Notes: generated by a model from the sequence alone, not told the origin. 64,000 bases of DNA from Gammaproteobacteria bacterium (GCA_963662545.2 CAXXLL010000003.1:320001-384000), one strand, 5' to 3'; counted from the first letter of the stretch, positions 41,067 through 51,149 are shown. A program made the numbers and translations.

Positions 41067-41159
41067 ACAATGCCCGTCCACAAGCTCGGCTCTGAAGCGG
41101 ACCCATTCCGACTGCACGAGAACCGCCAGCGCTTTTGAACCGGCCATGTAGTGTGCTCG

Positions 41160-41615
41160 TTACAGCCTGTTCCGCACTGGGGCTGAAATGGCGCTCGATA
41201 ATGGGCAGTTGTTTCGGGTGTATGGCGCCTTTGCCGGTCATGCCGAGTTCTGTGCATCGTGCGGCCTCGCGTTCGAGGCCATCCATGTCCTCGAGGTCGA
41301 GCCACGGTACGTCGATGAGATCGACCTGGGCTTCGGCGGTTGCATGGACAAGACGCGAGCGCGCGTACAGCAGGGCATCCCAGGTCGGCGCAACGCGCAA
41401 CTCCGCAGCCATGTCGGTACCGCCGAACAGCAGTGCGTCGACGCGCGCGCTCGCCCTCGCAATCTCGTGGCAGGCTTTGAGCCCCTGATTTGTTTCGACG
41501 ATAAGCTGCAACCGAGTAGCCGCCCCCACACTGGTCAGCAGTTCATCGAGCAGGCGTACTTCATCCGGCGATTTGATCTTGGGTAGCACCAACCCGGGCG
41601 GCGGTGCGTCCGTTC
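41160..41615 (-). pseudogene. Internal fragment of HpcH/CitE-family lyase
   Basis: LVLPKIKS, IVETNQGL, LFGGTDM, GMTGKGAIHPKQ; both ends missing. Confidence 0.8.
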
Positions 41616-41744
41616 GTATAACCTGATATTTAGACGCCCCGCCCAACGCACTCATAAACTTTGAATTCGACGGGAGGACAGCGCCGGGCCATTTTTTGAT
41701 ACGCTGCATTTTCCGAACCGCGTTCGCGCAAGATTGTTCCGACC

Positions 41745-41972
41745 ATGGCTGATCTCCTACTCGATACCAAGGGACTCAACTGCCCCTTACCGATCCTCAA
41801 GACCAAGCGATCGATGAAAGACGTACCCGTCGGAGGGACCATCGAGATCCTCGCCACCGATCCGGCGGCTGACGCGGACTTTCAGGCATTTTGCCGCGCT
41901 ACGGGGCACGAATTGGTCGAGTCTTCGCAGGAGGGCGACGTCTACCGGTTTCTAATCAGACGGGCTAAGTGA
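41745..41972 (+). CDS. tusA: TusA family sulfur carrier
   Basis: LDTKGLNCPLPIL CPxP motif, ATDP. Confidence 0.92.
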   Translation: MADLLLDTKGLNCPLPILKTKRSMKDVPVGGTIEILATDPAADADFQAFCRATGHELVESSQEGDVYRFLIRRAK

Positions 41973-41990
41973 ATGACTGAATTAACCTAG

Positions 41991-42222
41991 CAGGCTGTTG
42001 AAAAAGTCGAACTTTCCCACCGATTGACGATCAGATCGTGTAGGTCAGAGTAACGGGGAGCAACCCGATGCGCGGAGTCGATGATCGTCAAGACAGGATG
42101 TTCAGTTACATCTCGCTGGAGGCGAGAGTGCCGGAAAACCATCCGTTGCGGCCGATCCGCACGATGTTCGATGAGGCGCTAGCGAAGCTGACGGCGAAAT
42201 TTGACACGATGTACGCCGACGG
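41991..42222 (+). mobile_element. IS5 family 5' fragment
   Basis: CTAG|CAGGCTGTTGAAAAA end; MRG.D..Q..MFSYISLEARVPENHPLRPIR. Confidence 0.8.
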
Positions 42223-42297
42223 CGAGCTCGACGTTGTATTGGGCGTCGATCTCGTCCTGGGTCGTGAACCGGCGATAAAGCATCGCGTAAATCAAGA

Positions 42298-42321
42298 GGT
42301 CAGAGTCAATTGACTCTGACC
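42298..42321. repeat. REP-like palindrome
   Basis: GGTCAGAGTCAATTGACTCTGACC perfect 24-bp palindrome. Confidence 0.7.
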
Positions 42322-42346
42322 CCTCGCCGGACAATCTCCCGGCCAA

Positions 42347-43273
42347 TCAGTAGCGCGGCACGCCGGGATCGATCTTCTGCGACCAGGCGTCGATGCCGCC
42401 CGCGAGGTTATGCGCGTTGCTATAACCATTGCGACTGAAAAAATCGGCCGCGGACTGGCTGCGCATACCGGTATGGCAGTGGAAGACGAGCAGCGCATCC
42501 TTCGCCAGTGAATCGATGAATTTCCGCGCCTCTTCGTCCAGCAGACGTGAGCCTTCGATCATGGCGCGTTCGCGTTCGTCTTTTTCACGCACGTCGAACA
42601 GGTGCACCGGTTCGCCCGCATCCATCTTCGCCTTGAGCTCCTCGACTGACATCTGCGCGGCGGGCGCCGGTGCGTTCGGGTTTTTGATGCTCATGCTCAT
42701 GCCCTGCGGCGTTTCCGTCATGTCGATCACGAGTCCGTCGGCGCGCCGCGCCGAGTCGACGTCCAGCAGGAGCTCGATGCCATTCGTGGTAACGCCAACC
42801 TCGTGGCCTTTCGCGGGGGCCAGACTGAATTCATGGTTCCAGTCGGCGTCGATACTGAGGTGCACCGGGACGCCCGGAGTCTCAGCCATCACGTTGCGGA
42901 TCGCCCTCGCCGCGGTGTCGCTGATGGTGATCTCCGGCGTGACGAGTTCGACCGGTTCCACGCCCAGCGCTTGGTGCAATTGGCCGGTGGTGTACATCTG
43001 CTGAATCACGTCGCAGCCGCCGAGGAATTCCTGATCCACGTAGAGCTGCGGTATCGTCGGCCATTGCGAATATTCCTTGATACCCTCCCTGATCTCCTGA
43101 TCCGCCAGGACATCGACCGTATCGTAATCGGGCGCCACATTGTTCAGAATGCTGATGACGGTGGCCGAGAAGCCGCATTGCGGCTGCTGCGGGGTGCCCT
43201 TCATAAAGAGCACGATTTTGTTCGACGCGATGGTCGAATCGAGGCGGGAGCGAAGCTCGTCGGTGAGCGGCAT
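42347..43273 (-). CDS. grxD: Monothiol glutaredoxin Grx4 fused to IscA-like and rhodanese domains
   Basis: FMKGTPQQPQCGFS, WPTIPQLY, GGCD; middle EITISD.AA...IKNPNA; C-terminal FDVRE, FHCHTGMRS, NLAGGIDAWS. Confidence 0.9.
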   Translation of the reverse strand: MPLTDELRSRLDSTIASNKIVLFMKGTPQQPQCGFSATVISILNNVAPDYDTVDVLADQEIREGIKEYSQWPTIPQLYVDQEFLGGCDVIQQMYTTGQLHQALGVEPVELVTPEITISDTAARAIRNVMAETPGVPVHLSIDADWNHEFSLAPAKGHEVGVTTNGIELLLDVDSARRADGLVIDMTETPQGMSMSIKNPNAPAPAAQMSVEELKAKMDAGEPVHLFDVREKDERERAMIEGSRLLDEEARKFIDSLAKDALLVFHCHTGMRSQSAADFFSRNGYSNAHNLAGGIDAWSQKIDPGVPRY

Positions 43274-43321
43274 GGTCAACTCTTTGATGACGTTCGAGAC
43301 TGTACACAGTGTATAAAACAG

Positions 43322-43349
43322 GGGGTCAGAGTCAATTGACGCTGACCCC
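43322..43349. repeat. REP-like palindrome, second copy
   Basis: GGGGTCAGAGTCAATTGACGCTGACCCC (1 mismatch). Confidence 0.7.
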
Positions 43350-43368
43350 ACACCCGGAGAAACTTCCC

Positions 43369-43825
43369 ATGCGACTCATTGCGGCGATGATCATCGTGCA
43401 ACTGGCCCTTGGCTCGCTGGCCTTTGCCGTTGAAAGCCCGGAGGAACGCGCGGAAGCACTGTCGTCCTTCGCCGAGTTTACCGTACCGCAAACCGGTGGT
43501 CCGCATCCGCTTGCGATCCTGATGCCCGGATGCCTCGGCTGGCACCCGCATCACGAACGATGGCGGGACGACTTGTTGAGTCGCGGGTTCGCCGTCCTGC
43601 AGGTCGACAGTTTCGGCGCGCGGGGTGTCGACGATCGCGCGGTCATGGAACGGGACATCTGCACGGGACGGCGCATCCCCGGATCCGAGCGCGCGGGGGA
43701 TCTCATGGCCGTGCTGCGGAGATCTGGGAGCGCCTCGACGTGCGGGCGGACCGGACGATCCTGATGGGCTGGTCCACGGCGGCTGGAGCGCGATGGATTT
43801 CATGATCCTAGCCGAAACCGCAACA
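43369..43825 (+). pseudogene. Dienelactone hydrolase-like gene, frameshifted and truncated
   Basis: Signal peptide, MPGCLG, VDSFGARG, GWS-HGG elbow spread over three frames. Confidence 0.7.
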
Positions 43826-43866
43826 TCGAAGCCGTCAACCCGCGAAGAGCGGCGAGGACGCGGCGC

Positions 43867-44265
43867 TTAAGAACCGCTGCCGCCGCAGCCGCTGCACATG
43901 CCGCTGCCGCCTACACTCTCAAAGACATTGTTAAAGACAAAGGACTCATTGAGGCCGTCCTTGACGTAGTCGATTTCGCAGCCCCGTAGGAAGTTCAGGG
44001 CGACGGCATCCACCACCAGCTGGAAGCCCTCACGCTGAAGGACACAGTCGTACTCGGTCCGCCCGTCAACGTAGGTCATCCCATAGCTGAGCCCATTGCA
44101 TCCGCCACCCTCAACAAAGATACGCAGGGCAGTGAACTCCGCCTCGGCCTCCTCCATGATGTTCGCGAGCTGCGCTTCGCAAGCGGGCGTAATCGTTATG
44201 GTTTGCGCGGTGATCGCCTGCGGATATTCGGACCTCGATTCTTGCAACACGGTCTTGAACCTCAC
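43867..44265 (-). CDS. HesB/IscA/ErpA A-type Fe-S carrier
   Basis: LRIFVEGGGCNGLSYGM, EIDY, FVFNN...CSGCG. Confidence 0.88.
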   Translation of the reverse strand: MRFKTVLQESRSEYPQAITAQTITITPACEAQLANIMEEAEAEFTALRIFVEGGGCNGLSYGMTYVDGRTEYDCVLQREGFQLVVDAVALNFLRGCEIDYVKDGLNESFVFNNVFESVGGSGMCSGCGGSGS

Positions 44266-44361
44266 TCATTCAACTGCAATAATTAGATAAAATAATTCTT
44301 GAGTATTTTACTCAACTATTATAGCTCGGTCGACCTCACCCCGCCTCGAAGCCCACTAGCC

Positions 44362-44646
44362 ATGGCACGCTCCGTTAATTGCCCGATCCTGCAGCGCGAG
44401 GCCGAGGGCCTCGACGCACCTCCGTACCCCGGCACTTTGGGGACGCGCATCTATGAGGAAATTTCCAAGGAAGGATGGCAGCAGTGGCTAGAGCGGCTCA
44501 CCATGATCATGAATGAGAACGGGTTGAGCACGGCAGATCCGGACGCTTTACCTCTCATTGAAGATCACATGCGGGGATTCCTCTTCGGAGAAGGCGATCT
44601 CGGCGGTCTACCGCCGGGATTCGTCCCCCAGGGCCAGAAAAAGTAA
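44362..44646 (+). CDS. yggX: Fe(II)-trafficking / oxidative damage protection protein
   Basis: MARSVNC..L.REAEGLDAPPYPG.LG.RIYEEISKEGWQQW. Confidence 0.9.
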   Translation: MARSVNCPILQREAEGLDAPPYPGTLGTRIYEEISKEGWQQWLERLTMIMNENGLSTADPDALPLIEDHMRGFLFGEGDLGGLPPGFVPQGQKK

Positions 44647-44717
44647 CCAGCGCAGCGGAACGATTTCCGCAGTTCCGCTGTTGGCATCTCCGGTCGCGGG
44701 CGGAAGTGCTTTGGCGG

Positions 44718-46109
44718 TTATAGTTCAGCGAACTGCTCGTCCGTCGGCTCAGCGCAACAATACCAAGGCTCACTCAACTCCGCCGATGGCGCGCGGTCGG
44801 CCATTATCGGCAGGGGCGGCGTCGGCCGATCCAGGTACGCATGGGTAAGCGCCCAGATCTCCCTGAATAATTGCTCGCGCGGCTTCCCTGCGGCTTGCTG
44901 TACCACCCGCTGAATTTCAACCTGCAGTTCGTCTACCTTGGGGTCGGCACTGGACCACGGATAAACGAGTGCCGCCTGCTCGAGCGGGCCAACGCGATCG
45001 CGGATCTCCTGCAATTCCAGCAGCCGCGATCCGGGTGGGATCAACAGGCGGATGGCAAGCTGCACCGGCGCGACTGCGCCCACCAGACCGAGCTCGGTAA
45101 GCGCCACCAGCAGATCCTGGTAGCCCGTCAGTGTCGTCCAAGGCGTAAACGCGACGAAAGTCGGCGAGAGCGTCAGCCCCAGTTCATCGAAAATGCGCAC
45201 CACCCGGTAGAAATCCTCGCGGGTGTGGCCTTTGTCCAAGCGGGCGAGGATCTGATCATCAACCGACTCGACGGCCGTGGTGACGAAAAGACACCCTGTG
45301 CGTTTCAATATCGGCAGCAGCCGGCCGTGCGCGAGCAGGTGCTCGACCTTGATGGTTACGTCATAAGTCAACTGCGGGAATTGCTCATGTAGCGCCTCGA
45401 CGATACGCACAGCGTGGGTCGGCCCGTTGAAGAAATCCGGATCGCCGAAGGTAATATGGCGTGCGCCCGCCATCACTTGCTGGCGAAGGTCGGCCAGCAC
45501 GATCTCGCGCGGCACGGCGCGAAAGCGTCCGTTATACACCGGAACCACCGGACAGTGCCGGCAGCGGTGCTTGCAGCCCCGACTGGCCTCGACGTAGCCG
45601 GTAACCCGCGTCTCGCCGTTGGGCATCCGCAGAAATGCATAGCGGTCGAGCGCCGGAAGGTCGCTACGGTCCGGTACCAGAAATCGCTGCCCGGCCAGGG
45701 AGATCCGCGGTTCCAGTTGCTCGCCGGTCTTACAGGACACGCCGGATTCGAGCCGTTCGGCGAGTGCCATGAGTCCCGCCTCGAACTCGCCCCCCAGTAC
45801 CGTCCCGACACCGAGTTCCCGAAGGTACGCTTCGTTCGTCGGCGCATAAAGACCATAGGCGGCGATATGCGCGCGTGGGTTGAGGTGCTTCACCCGGGGG
45901 ATCAGCCGGGCGGCAAGCCGGGTCGCCGTGTGCATCGGCACATAGAAAGCCGCTAAGTCAGCTTTGCGAACAAGGTCTTCGTCCCAGCTCTCCACTGCCA
46001 GATCCAAGGTCCACACTGAATCGCCGCGCTCCCGCAAGCACGCAGCAGGCTCCGCCAGACCAAACGGTTGGTGGCCGAGTTCATAGGTGGAAATGAGGAC
46101 GACGTTCAA
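44718..46109 (-). CDS. CUAEP/CCAEP-tail radical SAM protein with B12-binding-like N-terminus
   Basis: ISTYELGHQPFGLA, ASRGCKHRCRHCP CxxxCxxC, C-terminal LSEPWYCCAEPT. Confidence 0.9.
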   Translation of the reverse strand: MNVVLISTYELGHQPFGLAEPAACLRERGDSVWTLDLAVESWDEDLVRKADLAAFYVPMHTATRLAARLIPRVKHLNPRAHIAAYGLYAPTNEAYLRELGVGTVLGGEFEAGLMALAERLESGVSCKTGEQLEPRISLAGQRFLVPDRSDLPALDRYAFLRMPNGETRVTGYVEASRGCKHRCRHCPVVPVYNGRFRAVPREIVLADLRQQVMAGARHITFGDPDFFNGPTHAVRIVEALHEQFPQLTYDVTIKVEHLLAHGRLLPILKRTGCLFVTTAVESVDDQILARLDKGHTREDFYRVVRIFDELGLTLSPTFVAFTPWTTLTGYQDLLVALTELGLVGAVAPVQLAIRLLIPPGSRLLELQEIRDRVGPLEQAALVYPWSSADPKVDELQVEIQRVVQQAAGKPREQLFREIWALTHAYLDRPTPPLPIMADRAPSAELSEPWYCCAEPTDEQFAEL

Positions 46110-46203
46110 TCCCGACTCAACTTGTCAAACATGGAGCGGCGATTCTATTTCCGTGGGGGCGGATAACTGAGACGTGGGCCCAAAGTAAACCTCAATCGGC
46201 AGT

Positions 46204-46518
46204 CTATTCTTCCACTTCAATTTCGATTTCGTCGCCCGACAAACGGACATTATATTTGCTGACATCATCGCTCGCTGGGGCGAGAGTAACCTTCCCGGAT
46301 CTGATGTTGAAATGCGCACCGTGCCACGGACATTCGATCTCGTCACCTTCGATATTCCCCTGACTGAGGGCCCCACCTCGGTGCGTACAGGTGTCATCAA
46401 TGGCGAAGAACTCATCACCAAGCTTAAATAGGGCGACCTTCTTCCCCGCCACCTCTACGCATTTGGCCGGTTGGTTGTCGAAATCGGAAAGTTTAGCTAC
46501 GGGGACAAAATTTGACAT
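46204..46518 (-). CDS. Rieske-type ferredoxin
   Basis: CTH...CPWH. Confidence 0.92.
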   Translation of the reverse strand: MSNFVPVAKLSDFDNQPAKCVEVAGKKVALFKLGDEFFAIDDTCTHRGGALSQGNIEGDEIECPWHGAHFNIRSGKVTLAPASDDVSKYNVRLSGDEIEIEVEE

Positions 46519-46600
46519 GGTCACGCTCCGTTCCCGAATGCCTACGTGCAACCGATCTTTAGATTTTCACGGATCACAAGCCATCGGGCGTCTGTTACAA

Positions 46601-47290
46601 GTATAGAATCTGCAAATCCCGATGCCAACTGGAGTGAATCTCTGACTTCGCCCAGAGGACGGGATCGCAGTGTGTGTTGCAGTGGACGTTGTCGCAGCGC
46701 AGAACACAGGAAAGCCGCGTGTCCTCCTACGTTTCTTGCTTAGACCACGCAATAGCGGTCATGCATTCCAAGCTCAATAATGCTAACGAGTTTTTTATCG
46801 TCGCTGAACAAACTGCCCATCCAGGTGGTGTAGATCCGAAAATCATCAATCATTTTTACGCTCGATCGGGCGAACCCTGAAGGCGTAATATGGTCTTCAT
46901 CAACAATTTGGTTCGCCGCCACTGAACGGTATCATTTCCTCGGCGTCAACGGGTACGCGACGGCACTGGATCATCGTACCAAGGTGGTATCGAGCCTCAG
47001 TCGTTGAGGCCCGGCAGCGCTGCTTGTGGGGGTGCTCGAGCGGAAGGAATGCCGGACCGCGTCGGCTGCGCATCGCGCCGGTCAAGATGGTCGAGGATGC
47101 GTTGGATGACGGCGGGGTCTTCGATGCAGGCGATGATCCTGAGGTTGGCGCCGCAAGCATCGCAGATATCGAAGTCGATGTTGAACACGCGTTTCAAGCG
47201 CCTGGCCCAGGTCATGGCGGCGCGACGCTCGGCGGGCGGGCGTGACCTGGGCGCGCAGCGGGCTATTCGGCGCAAAGACGCCGTGGGTGG
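46601..47290 (-). mobile_element. IS91/ISCR transposase 3' remnant with possible oriIS
   Basis: HGVFAPNS, MTWARRLKRVFNID...C..CG.NLRIIACIEDP.VI.RILDHL, RAPP (stop 46997); GATTTGCAGATTCTATAC ending at 46601 on the minus strand. Confidence 0.8.
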
Positions 47291-47862
47291 TCGTCGCCAA
47301 GCAGGTCGCGTCACTCGATGTTTTAAGTGGTGGCCGCGTTTTGTTCGGCGTAGGTGTGGGATGGCTGAAGGAAGAGTTTGAGGCACTCGGTGCGCCTTTC
47401 GAACGCCGGGGCCAACGTACCGACGAGTACATCGAAGCGATACGGGCATTGTGGACACAAGAAAAACCGACCTATAAAGGCGAGATCGTGAATTTCGAGA
47501 ATGCCTACTGCCGACCGCAACCCCGCCAGGCCCCGATCCCCATCATTATTGGCGGGCATTCGAAGGCCGCTGCCAGACGGGCAGGTCGCTTAGCCGATGG
47601 TTATTTTCCCGCGCGTGAAGCGCCAGCGGACCTGATAGAAGAGGCGCGCGCTGCGGCAGTTGCGCATGGCCGTGATCCGGCAGCAGTCGAATTCACAGCA
47701 AGCATGCCGAGCGATCCCGAACTGCTATCCGACTACGCGCGCTTGAGCGTGAACCGCGTGTTGGTGCCCGTCACGACCGTGACCGGTCTCGACAGTGGTA
47801 TAAAAAATCCTGATGACGTCCTTCAATGGAAGGATACGATTGAACGATTCGCTGATCTGTAG
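47285..47862 (+). pseudogene. LLM-class (F420-type) oxidoreductase, 5'-truncated
   Basis: AKQVASLDVLSGGR..FGVGVGWLKEEF, IGGHSKAAARRAGRLADG. Confidence 0.82.
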
Positions 47863-47894
47863 ATAGCAGTGAGACCGGAGTAAGTTCCCGCCTT

Positions 47895-49115
47895 CTACGA
47901 ACCGTGAGGCTTTGGCAGGAGCGCGAACAGCACTAGTGCGCAGGCGGCGATAAGGACGCAGTAAAAAAAGGCGAGATGATAATCGCCGTGAACGTCTCGG
48001 AGGTATCCGGCGAGAGCAGGACCCCACGCGCCCAATATTCCGCCACCGGCAAATATGAACCCGCCGATCGTCCCCGCGTGGGCCGGCCCAAACAAGTCGC
48101 CCACAAGTGCCGGGAAGAGGGTTGCGATGCCGCCGTAGAAAAACCCGAAGGCCGCGGCGCCTAAGTAGAGCGTGGTTACGCTCTCGGCGTTGAGAAACAG
48201 GACGTAGGCCAGGACCTGGGAGGCCAACGCAAAAACCATCATGGCCTTGCGGCCGATTCGATCCGACACTGTGCCAAGAGAAACGCTCCCAATGAGCGCG
48301 AATAGACCCATGATGCTGAACGTCATCGCGCCGGCAATGTCGGACAAGCCGATGTCCTGTGCGAAACCGGCGATGTGCACGAACGGCACGGTGGTGGTGA
48401 GCATTCCGACCGCGAACGCCACCAGGAACACCCAGAACGATAATGTCGCAGCCGCCTCACGTAACGTCCAGCTAGTCGTATCATCGAGTGAGCCAGCGAT
48501 TGAGTCTTGCGCCGGTGCGCCGTCGCCGTCTGGCAATAAACCCATCCGTTTCGGATCGCTCACCATGAAACGGGCAACGACGCTTATTAGGACAAGCATG
48601 CCCGCTCCCAGCGTCAGCATGGCGGTGCGCCAATCCGTGAGATTGATGAGGAGCGAGGTAAACACCGGCACGACGAGGATCCCGCAACTCGCGCCGCAAG
48701 AAGCGACGCCCAAGGCGAGTCCGCGCTTACGGTGAAACCAGCGAACCACGGTCATATTGCAGGGAATGTAGGCTGTGCTCATACCGAGCGCGGCCACGAT
48801 GCCGTACCAAAAGAAGAGCTGCCACTGTGACGACATCTGGCTCGTCGCCATAATTCCTACCCCCAGCAAGACGGCGCCGAGACCCACGACCCGACGTGGT
48901 CCGAGTGAATCGGTGAGCTTTCCACTGAGCAGGCTGAACGTCGTGTACACGACGGTATAAAAAGAAAACGCTCCGCCCAGGCTCGCGCGCTGCCAACCCA
49001 GGTCATCCACCATGACCGGGACAAAGATGCCGAACGAATACTGCACGCCGTAGGTGAGGAAGAGCACCACGAAGGCACAACCGGTAACTATCCAACCATA
49101 GAAAAGAGGTTTCAT
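47895..49115 (-). CDS. MFS transporter (OFA/MCT-like)
   Basis: FYGWIV, GKLTDSLGPR, RWFHRKRGLALG. Confidence 0.9.
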   Translation of the reverse strand: MKPLFYGWIVTGCAFVVLFLTYGVQYSFGIFVPVMVDDLGWQRASLGGAFSFYTVVYTTFSLLSGKLTDSLGPRRVVGLGAVLLGVGIMATSQMSSQWQLFFWYGIVAALGMSTAYIPCNMTVVRWFHRKRGLALGVASCGASCGILVVPVFTSLLINLTDWRTAMLTLGAGMLVLISVVARFMVSDPKRMGLLPDGDGAPAQDSIAGSLDDTTSWTLREAAATLSFWVFLVAFAVGMLTTTVPFVHIAGFAQDIGLSDIAGAMTFSIMGLFALIGSVSLGTVSDRIGRKAMMVFALASQVLAYVLFLNAESVTTLYLGAAAFGFFYGGIATLFPALVGDLFGPAHAGTIGGFIFAGGGILGAWGPALAGYLRDVHGDYHLAFFYCVLIAACALVLFALLPKPHGS

Positions 49116-49169
49116 AGATTGACCTGAATCTAGTGAACACCTACAAATATTCTGACGCTAAAAAGCTCA

Positions 49170-49388
49170 GTGATACCTGCAATTCACGTAAGCTCCCGAT
49201 ATGCTGATCCGATCAATTCGACTTATCATTGGGCGATTGGTGCATACGAATCAAAGGCATGGTCTGCACAAATGAAATTCATGATCAATTTGATGTCACT
49301 ACCGGGGGGGGGCGCAGTGTGGGAAAAATATACTCCCGGAGGATTTTCAGATATACGTCGAAACAGAAATCCTAACAAAATCACCTGA
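49170..49388 (+). pseudogene. 3' fragment of the same uncharacterised family as 52635/56046/56994
   Basis: GAYESKAW...LMSLPGGGAVWE matches the G.l....W...PG....W pattern. Confidence 0.5.
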
Positions 49389-49457
49389 CCCAGATTACAA
49401 GATGCCGGGTACTTAATCTGACATCGCATTGGGACGAGCTTCAAGGGTTACTTTCGC

Positions 49458-49557
49458 CGAACGCTGCTCGACGACCGCTTACGAGGGTACTGCAGACGTA
49501 ATCTCTAGCTGTGCTGCAGTGCCGCGATGAGGCCGGAAACGAGCCCTAAACGGAAGT
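49458..49557 (+). repeat. Tripartite repeat R4 (B and C only; extra half site near 49598-49619)
   Basis: GACCGCttacgagggtactGCAGAC at 49473; C at 49531. Confidence 0.8.
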
Positions 49558-49666
49558 TTTGGCCCCGCGTTTTCGCGCAAGGGGGTTCTTACGGATCCCG
49601 ACCCTCGATTAGCGGACCTCCAAAATGGAACAATGGGCGGCAATTCGTTACCAGCGGAGAAGGGTT

Positions 49667-50740
49667 ATGGAATTTGGCATCAGTTTCCCGACATACATCC
49701 GATCCTGGCACGACGCCAAGATGGCGGAGGACTATGGTTTCTCGCATGCATGGTTCTACGACTCGCAAATGGGTTATAGCGACGTCTATGCGAGCATGGC
49801 GCTCTGCGCCTACCACACGCGCACGTTGAAGCTGGGTAGTTACGTTTCTATCCTGGGTAATCGCATCGCACCGGTCACCGCGCATTCCATCGCCACGATC
49901 AACGAACTTGCGCCAGGACGAACGATACTCGGAATCGGCACCGGGTTCACCGCGCGAAACATGATGGGCATGCCACCCATTCCCCTCAAGACCATACGCG
50001 AACACACCGAGATCATCCGGGATCTGTTGGCTGGGAAGGAAGCGCTCTACCGCGAAGGCGAACGCGAGCGATACATCAAGTTTCTTCACCCCGATAGCGG
50101 CTACATCAACATAAAGGACCCCATCCCGATCCTCATGGCATCGAATGGACCGAAAGCTCTGAAACTCGCCGGTGAGATCGCGGACGGGTGGATTACCATC
50201 GTCCTCGATCCGGAGAACGTCGCCAACAGCATCAAGACCTTCGCCAAGAGCGCGAAAGCAGCGGGACGCGATTTATCCGAGGTCTACTGCAGCACCCTGA
50301 CTTCGAGTTGCGTGCTACGTCCTGGCGAATCGATCACCTCGCCCCGCGTGCTGCGTCAAATCGGCCCTTTCGCGATCCTGGCGCTGCACACCTATTGGGA
50401 CCCGGTCGAGATGAAGGTCGGCCCGTTCGCGCCACCTTCGATGGAACCACTCGCCAGGCGTTATTTCGATGAACACATTATGAAATTAAAAACGCCGCTC
50501 GACCGGCGATACCAGGAGATGCACCTTGGACACGAAGTGTTCCTCCGGCCGGGCGAAGAGGCGTTCATCACACCTGAACTGATCAAGATGACGACGCTAA
50601 CAGGATCTGGGGCGGAGATCGTCGATCGCATACGCGAACTGGAAGAAGCCGGCGTGAATAACATCGCCTTGAATGTCTGCGGCACCGACGCGCGCGAGAT
50701 GATCCGCGAGTTTGGTCGCGAGGTGATTTCCAAACTCTGA
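49667..50740 (+). CDS. LLM-class flavin-dependent oxidoreductase
   Basis: AEDYGFSHAWFYDS, ATINELAPGRTILGIGTG, GPKALKLAGEIADG. Confidence 0.9.
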   Translation: MEFGISFPTYIRSWHDAKMAEDYGFSHAWFYDSQMGYSDVYASMALCAYHTRTLKLGSYVSILGNRIAPVTAHSIATINELAPGRTILGIGTGFTARNMMGMPPIPLKTIREHTEIIRDLLAGKEALYREGERERYIKFLHPDSGYINIKDPIPILMASNGPKALKLAGEIADGWITIVLDPENVANSIKTFAKSAKAAGRDLSEVYCSTLTSSCVLRPGESITSPRVLRQIGPFAILALHTYWDPVEMKVGPFAPPSMEPLARRYFDEHIMKLKTPLDRRYQEMHLGHEVFLRPGEEAFITPELIKMTTLTGSGAEIVDRIRELEEAGVNNIALNVCGTDAREMIREFGREVISKL

Positions 50741-50845
50741 TTTCAACACAGTGCTGCTACATAATTTGGTACTCCGTGAAAGCTCGCTTGCAGGCGAGCA
50801 GGCGGATGGAATGATCGGAAACTAACCGTTTTTCTACAAACTCGA

Positions 50846-51145
50846 ATGTCCGCTAAGCTGTCGTGCCCTCTCGACTCGATGCTTGAGGCAACTCGACGAC
50901 CGCTATGGAGGGGATTGCAGACGTAATCTCTAGCTGTGCTGCACTGCCGAGATTTGGCAGCTACCGACCCAGAGTGTGTGAAAACTATTTTCATTTTTCA
51001 AAAGTGGGGGAACTACCCTCGAAATTGGATCTAATTGAAATGCCGATCCCTATTCGAGGGGCATAACAACTATGCTGGTGGGGAATATTTTTATTTCGTC
51101 GTCGTATTTTTGAGTTTTCACACAGTCTGGACCCATAGCAGCCAT
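50846..51145 (+). repeat. Tripartite repeat R5 with MITE in subsite C
   Basis: Same B and C motifs; A internally deleted. Confidence 0.88.
50970..51129. mobile_element. 160-bp MITE copy 1 (IS1182-type ends)
   Basis: TIR CAGA(G/C)TGTGTGAAAACT / AGTTTTCACACAGTCTG; TSD GACC. Confidence 0.88.
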
Positions 51146-51149
51146 CAGC

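Noticed and set aside
44740-44770. Selenocysteine in the radical SAM tail
   Set aside because: Codons are TGT TGC; there is no in-frame TGA.
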